A DNA stretch of 62,719 bases, counting the filler. It is 4 parts of 4 records of this genome, joined end to end, with 100 filler letters (N's around TTAATTAATTAA, not from the genome) between each part and the next. Parts side by side here need not be neighbours in the genome. Positions count along the whole stretch, not along the records: positions 40,712 to 58,960 come from SRR20825010_4241; positions 59,061 to 62,719 come from SRR20825010_4247; 2 more parts are not named here. One strand, given 5' to 3'. The notes beneath the pieces are model-generated. The model saw only the letters and a list, made by a program, of their open reading frames with translations. It was not told where the DNA came from and made no database searches. The translations under genes were made by a program, and so were the position numbers. Below, piece by piece: positions 58,126 to 62,719 of this stretch (its first letter is position 1; each line of letters opens with the position of its first letter).

Positions 58126-58722
58126 ATGCCCGTCAGTGTTCTTCCGACCGACCGACGCTATCGACAAGGTGGTTGGCTGTTCCTCGGAACGCTGCTGGTG
58201 TTCTTTTTCAGCAGTTTGCTGCTGTACGGTATCTATGCGAGCAGTCGACTTGGTGACGTTCAGTCATCCGTTCCGTTGCCAAATTCATTTCTGACTAGCA
58301 CCGTGTTGCTGCTTTGTATCAGTGGCTTGGTTCACTGGTCGACGCGTTCGGTTCGGCGATCAAAGCGTGTTCTGACGGCTTCGCTGCTCGCCTTCAGTGC
58401 GATCGCTGCGGTCGCGTTCATGGCGATTCAATATGTTGCGATGCTGGGGTTGCTCGGTGGTCCCGCCATGCAAGGCGGAACCGGCAAAGGCGTTGCGGGC
58501 ATGGTGGTTGTCCTGGCCTTCTTGCATGCACTTCATGTGGCCGGCGGAGTGATCGCGTTGGGCATCGTGTCGGTGCGATCCATGCTCGGCAAATACGATC
58601 ACGAGCGACATTGGCCAGTCGACTTCGCTGCCCAGTACTGGCATTTTTTGGACCTGGTTTGGCTGTGCATGCTGGCCACGTTCGTGGCCACCACCGGCGG
58701 TTTCTCAGGCATCACGCTGTAG
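58126..58722 (+). CDS. Heme-copper oxidase subunit III family protein
   Basis: TM helices, LHALHV..G, YWHFLD.VW. Confidence 0.88.
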   Translation: MPVSVLPTDRRYRQGGWLFLGTLLVFFFSSLLLYGIYASSRLGDVQSSVPLPNSFLTSTVLLLCISGLVHWSTRSVRRSKRVLTASLLAFSAIAAVAFMAIQYVAMLGLLGGPAMQGGTGKGVAGMVVVLAFLHALHVAGGVIALGIVSVRSMLGKYDHERHWPVDFAAQYWHFLDLVWLCMLATFVATTGGFSGITL

Positions 58723-58960
58723 GCCGCGTGAATGGATGGCAATGGTAAGAAGCGCATCTAGCGTCCCTGCTCATTCATTGTCGTGGCGAAAGTCAGTTCG
58801 GTGGTACTCGCAACACGAGCAACCACGTAACCGACAAAGGCCCTCTGTCGGCAAAACAAATCCGCATGTGGCAGACATGCGTTTGTTCATGTCGTCGTGT
58901 CCGCATTGGAGTTCAATCGCTTGCAGCGATTGGTGCGCTCAGGCCGACTGAGGGCCTCAG

Positions 58961-59060
58961 NNNNNNNNNNNNNNNNNNNNNNNNNNNNNNNNNNNNNNNN
59001 NNNNTTAATTAATTAANNNNNNNNNNNNNNNNNNNNNNNNNNNNNNNNNNNNNNNNNNNN
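58961..59060. other. Artificial contig linker
   Basis: N44-TTAATTAATTAA-N44. Confidence 0.97.
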
Positions 59061-59158
59061 GGCAGGATCAGTTTCTGCTTGATGAAATCCCACATGATGC
59101 GGGTCATCTCGTCCCCGTCCATTTCCACGATCGGGTTGTCGACCTTGATCTTTGTCAT
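59061..59158 (-). CDS. icd: NADP-dependent isocitrate dehydrogenase, N-terminal fragment
   Basis: [32 protein letters not shown]. Confidence 0.92.
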
Positions 59159-59372
59159 GATGCGCCCCTTCGGCTTTGGGTGACTCGTCCTTGTCATAGC
59201 GGTTTTCTGCGGGCGCGAGAATGCGGTATGCCAAAGTATACAAAAGTATCCATGGCTAGACCTGACTCTGCGGCTCTCAAACGGTATTTGGCACTAAAAT
59301 TTGAGCATTAATTCTTGAGTAAGGGGCGCGACGCTACCTCTGGGGCAGGGGACAAACCCGGAGTGTCGTTTC

Positions 59373-60920
59373 ATGAGTAGACCAACGACTTTGCTGGATC
59401 GGTTTGACGGACGCCTTCTTGCCACCGGCATCAGCGTGCTTTTCGTTCCGTTCGCCTTTGGCGTCGTCTGGTTGTCGGGGCAAAGCTTGACCCCGCCGTT
59501 GTTGTTCGGGCTGCCTGTGTTGGCCGGCGCTGCGGTGCTGGCGGGGCGCTTGCACGGGGCGGCAGGCGATGCCTTTATCGCGTCCATCCTGATCGGGCAG
59601 GCGTGCCTGTTGACCGTGCAGTTTGCTGACCATCCGTGGCAAACCGATACCTATGTCATCTTTTTTGCTCTGTTGGCGATCATCTCAACCCTGCGGCGGG
59701 TGCGTGTGCTGATCTGGGCCTGTGCGATGACATCGGTCTTCCTGTTCGCGGCGGCGTTCTACTGGCCGACGCCGGGTCTGCCGATGACAGAAGGCGGCGC
59801 GGCACTGTTGCACGGCGGGTTGCACATGGTGCTTGTGGTGCTCGAAGGTGGGGTATTGGCAGTCGCGATATTGCAACGGCGCAAAGCGCACGAACAGATC
59901 GAACAGGCCGCAGTTCGGCTAGAGACAGAGCGCCGCATGGCCGCAGATGCTCAGGCAGAGGCGGAAGCAGCACATCGCGTGTCGCAAGAGGTCATTCATG
60001 AGGTACGCATTGCGCTGTCACGGCTGAGCGGGCGGGACATGACCTGTGCGATTGCCCGTGCCTTTCCTCCGACTTACGAGATCATGCGCGAGGATTTCAA
60101 CACCACTGTCGAAACCCTGCGCGACGCCTTTTTGAACGCCAATGATCTTGCCGGGACCTTCACCGCAGAGGCGCTGGTGTTGGCACAAGAGATGATCGAC
60201 ATGTCCGGCCAGTCCGATCAACAGGCAAAGCGTCTGGCTGAAATGACAGGCTCGGCCGCCAGCCTTCTCGACAGGTTGGCCAAGACCGTGGATCAGGCCG
60301 GTCAGGCCGCCGCCGCAGCCGAACAGGCGCGCACCAGCGCAGAGCGGATTGATGCCGTGACCACCCAGGCGGTGACCGCCATGCGCGGGATTGAGGACAG
60401 CTCACGCCAGATTTCCCGGATCGTCGATCTGATTGACGATGTGGCGTTCCAGACCAATCTGCTGGCGCTGAATGCCGGGGTTGAGGCGGCGCGCGCCGGG
60501 CAGTCGGGCAAGGGATTCGCCGTTGTCGCCACTGAGGTCCGGCACCTGGCGCAAAGCACGTCAGAGGCGGCAGCAGGGATTCGCAAGCTGATCACACACA
60601 GCTCGCAGCAGGTCAAAACCGGCGCGGAGCTGGTGGATGCGGTTGGCCACAGCGTGGCGGAGATCCAGGAAAAAGTGACACAAACGAGCGAGGTCACACA
60701 CGCGATTTCGACCCGGAACACCGATTTGGTGGAGGCGCTACAGGGTTTGAACGCGGCTATTTGTGACGCGGATCGCCAGTTTGGTGTGACCGTTGAAACG
60801 GGGCGTCACCTGGCGGCCCGGTCGCGGAAAATGACCCTCGCCTCCAAGAAACTGTCCTGCGATATTCAGGCCTTCACCTTTACCGAGGACGATCTGCGGC
60901 GCGGCATGTCCGAGGCATGA
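59373..60920 (+). CDS. Methyl-accepting chemotaxis protein with multi-TM N-terminus
   Basis: [32 protein letters not shown]. Confidence 0.93.
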   Translation: MSRPTTLLDRFDGRLLATGISVLFVPFAFGVVWLSGQSLTPPLLFGLPVLAGAAVLAGRLHGAAGDAFIASILIGQACLLTVQFADHPWQTDTYVIFFALLAIISTLRRVRVLIWACAMTSVFLFAAAFYWPTPGLPMTEGGAALLHGGLHMVLVVLEGGVLAVAILQRRKAHEQIEQAAVRLETERRMAADAQAEAEAAHRVSQEVIHEVRIALSRLSGRDMTCAIARAFPPTYEIMREDFNTTVETLRDAFLNANDLAGTFTAEALVLAQEMIDMSGQSDQQAKRLAEMTGSAASLLDRLAKTVDQAGQAAAAAEQARTSAERIDAVTTQAVTAMRGIEDSSRQISRIVDLIDDVAFQTNLLALNAGVEAARAGQSGKGFAVVATEVRHLAQSTSEAAAGIRKLITHSSQQVKTGAELVDAVGHSVAEIQEKVTQTSEVTHAISTRNTDLVEALQGLNAAICDADRQFGVTVETGRHLAARSRKMTLASKKLSCDIQAFTFTEDDLRRGMSEA

Positions 60921-60938
60921 GGCCGCGAAACGGGCGGT

Positions 60939-62195
60939 TCAGTGACCGTCGGTTTCGGCCCGGCGCATGCCCGCCATCATCGCGAGTCCGGCAATGGCAA
61001 AAACCAAAACACCCAGCGTCAACGGAATAGCCGTTCCATCGAACAACAATCCGACAGGGACCGCCAAGATCACCGCCGCCACGGTCGCGATGAAACCGAT
61101 GATTGAGGCGGCCATACCCGCGATATGCCCCATAGGCTCCATCGCGATGGCGTTCAGGTTGCCGATGGTCAGGCCAACCTGAAAAAACGCGACGAACTGC
61201 CAGAAAAAGAACATGGCAAACAGGGCATCGCCTGCCAGTCCCGCCAGAATGGCCAACAACATGACCGCGCTGACAACGACCTGAACGGTCAGCATCACCG
61301 ACACCAAGCGCCGCATTCCCATCCGTACCACCAGCATGGCATTGACCACGCTGCCAGAGGCAGACAGCAGCGCGGTAATCCCGAACCAGATCGGAAAACT
61401 GTCGGCGCGGTCGAACATGGTTTCATAGATCGGCTGAATGCTGGAAATTGTGGCGAACAACATTGCGAACACAAGGCTCTGTACCGCGATGGACAAGCGC
61501 ACCACCCGGTTGGCCAGCATCTCGCGCGTGGCCGACAGCAGGGCGGACGTGCTGAACGGACGACGGGCGGCACGCGGCAGTGTTTCTGGCAGGCGTACAA
61601 ACAACCAGAGACTGACCACAGTTGCGAAGACCACAAAGGCCCAAAAGATCGCTGACCAACCAGCCAGCGCTATCAAAACCGCGCCGATGCTGGGGGCCAG
61701 AGCAGGGACCAGCGTGAAAACGATCATGACAAAGGACATGATCTGCGCCATCTGCCGCCCGACAAACATATCCCGGATGATCGCCATTACGACGACTCTT
61801 GGCCCCGCCGCGCCCAACCCCTGCACCAGTCGCGCGGCCAACAGCAGGCCCAGACTGTCGGCCTGCGCCGCCAGTCCGGCGGACACGATGTACAACCCAC
61901 AGCCCGCCAGCACCACGGGTTTGCGTCCGAACGTGTCGGACAGCGGTCCGGTGAACAGCGTGCCCATCCCCATGCCCAACACAAAGATCGTGACCACAAG
62001 TTGCACTTGGTTCGGGGACTCGGGGCTCAATTCTGCGGCCATGGTGGGCAGCGCCGGCAACATGGCGTCGATCGAAAAAGCGATGGTTGCGACCAGCATC
62101 GCCATCAGCGCGATGAGTTCCACGCGACCCGGCATTGCAGCGGGTTCTGACGCGTCGGTCCGGGATGGTTTGGCGGCGTCGTGGGAAGAGTGCAT
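60939..62195 (-). CDS. Bcr/CflA family multidrug MFS transporter
   Basis: FSIDAMLPA, GPLSD.FGRKP, R..QG, IRD.F.G, P..AP..G, LPETL. Confidence 0.9.
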   Translation of the reverse strand: MHSSHDAAKPSRTDASEPAAMPGRVELIALMAMLVATIAFSIDAMLPALPTMAAELSPESPNQVQLVVTIFVLGMGMGTLFTGPLSDTFGRKPVVLAGCGLYIVSAGLAAQADSLGLLLAARLVQGLGAAGPRVVVMAIIRDMFVGRQMAQIMSFVMIVFTLVPALAPSIGAVLIALAGWSAIFWAFVVFATVVSLWLFVRLPETLPRAARRPFSTSALLSATREMLANRVVRLSIAVQSLVFAMLFATISSIQPIYETMFDRADSFPIWFGITALLSASGSVVNAMLVVRMGMRRLVSVMLTVQVVVSAVMLLAILAGLAGDALFAMFFFWQFVAFFQVGLTIGNLNAIAMEPMGHIAGMAASIIGFIATVAAVILAVPVGLLFDGTAIPLTLGVLVFAIAGLAMMAGMRRAETDGH

Positions 62196-62252
62196 GGGGG
62201 ACCTCGGGTGCTGGTCCGCGGCCCTTAACACGCCCCCCGCGAGAGGAACAGA

Positions 62253-62612
62253 TCAACCGGCGGTGTCGGGCGGGTCATCTTTGTTTGCGGGATTGTGAGG
62301 ATCTTTGTCTTGCCCAAGACGAGCCACCAACCATTCGGTGTGCTCTTCGCGCTTGCGCATGGCAAACAGGCCGAATTGTTGGATCGCCACCGCAAAAATG
62401 CCTAGACCCAGCAAAATGAAAACGGTGGTCCCGATTTTGCCCGCCGCCGTCGCCGGCACCAGTTCGCCGTAGCCCACGGTCGACAGGGTCACCACGGAAA
62501 AGAAATAGGAATCCAGCCAGCTCCAGCCTTCGACAAAGTGAAAGAACACGGTGCCCAATGCAACGATCAGCGCCATCGTTAGAAACAGGGTCAGAAGGCG
62601 CAGTCTGCTCAT
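62253..62612 (-). CDS. Two-TM potassium channel (KcsA/Ion_trans_2 type)
   Basis: EGWS.LDS.FFS..TLSTVGYGE pore and selectivity filter. Confidence 0.9.
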   Translation of the reverse strand: MSRLRLLTLFLTMALIVALGTVFFHFVEGWSWLDSYFFSVVTLSTVGYGELVPATAAGKIGTTVFILLGLGIFAVAIQQFGLFAMRKREEHTEWLVARLGQDKDPHNPANKDDPPDTAG

Positions 62613-62719
62613 GCGGCGGGATTGGCCCCCGCGCGCAGTTCGTCAATCACGCGGCGCCACAGTTCGGGCGGTTGCGCGCCGGGAACAGCATGGCGTCCCG
62701 CGATGATGAAGGTGGGGAC
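62609..62719 (-). CDS. DsbA/FrnE family oxidoreductase, C-terminal fragment
   Basis: Hand translation VPTFIIAGRHAVPGAQPPELWRRVIDEL. Confidence 0.8.
   Translation of the reverse strand, partial: VPTFIIAGRHAVPGAQPPELWRRVIDELRAGANPAA

Noticed and set aside
59288-59304. TTGGCAC sigma54-like -24 element upstream of the MCP
   Set aside because: The -12 position reads TG rather than the GC expected in Alphaproteobacteria, and no activator is nearby

Overview
The window is not one locus. It is four unrelated contigs joined by three identical artificial 100-nt linkers (N44-TTAATTAATTAA-N44 at 16921-17020, 40612-40711, 58961-59060). Contig 1 (1-16920) is AT-rich Bacteroidota, probably Cyclobacteriaceae/Algoriphagus-like. 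It carries T9SS cargo proteins (including an M43 metalloprotease), a PASTA protein, mrp-nfuA, dnaG, ribBA, surE, a TPR histidine kinase and an MFS sugar transporter. Contig 2 (17021-40611) looks like Flavobacteriaceae. It carries an ahcY fragment, a thiamine-binding protein/pnuC/NadR-type kinase/DUF4301 cluster, a sigma54 regulator with a hybrid kinase, a TPP riboswitch with a TonB-dependent receptor, greA, aat, tag and a TetR-ABC-HlyD-TolC operon. Contig 3 (40712-58960) is GC-rich planctomycete (Rhodopirellula-like): DUF1559, TPR, FlgN-like, cold-shock, His-rich lipoproteins, cysS-ruvC, thiS-thiG-slyX. Contig 4 (59061-62719) looks like Rhodobacterales: icd fragment, MCP, Bcr/CflA MFS, minimal K+ channel, DsbA fragment. 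I saw no CRISPR array, tRNA, rRNA or mobile element. The best leads are: (1) DUF4301 has UDP-sugar-pyrophosphorylase-like motifs and is coupled to PnuC and a stand-alone NadR kinase, suggesting an uncharacterised vitamin/riboside salvage step; (2) a type I secretion ABC protein with all catalytic ATPase motifs degenerate; (3) a dense intergenic region with an unannotated 41-aa membrane protein, a candidate sRNA motif and a sigma54 promoter/enhancer; (4) a structured leader upstream of the planctomycete DUF1559 gene; (5) a His-rich/CPFC lipoprotein pair. All family and taxon calls are from motif recognition by eye, not database searches.
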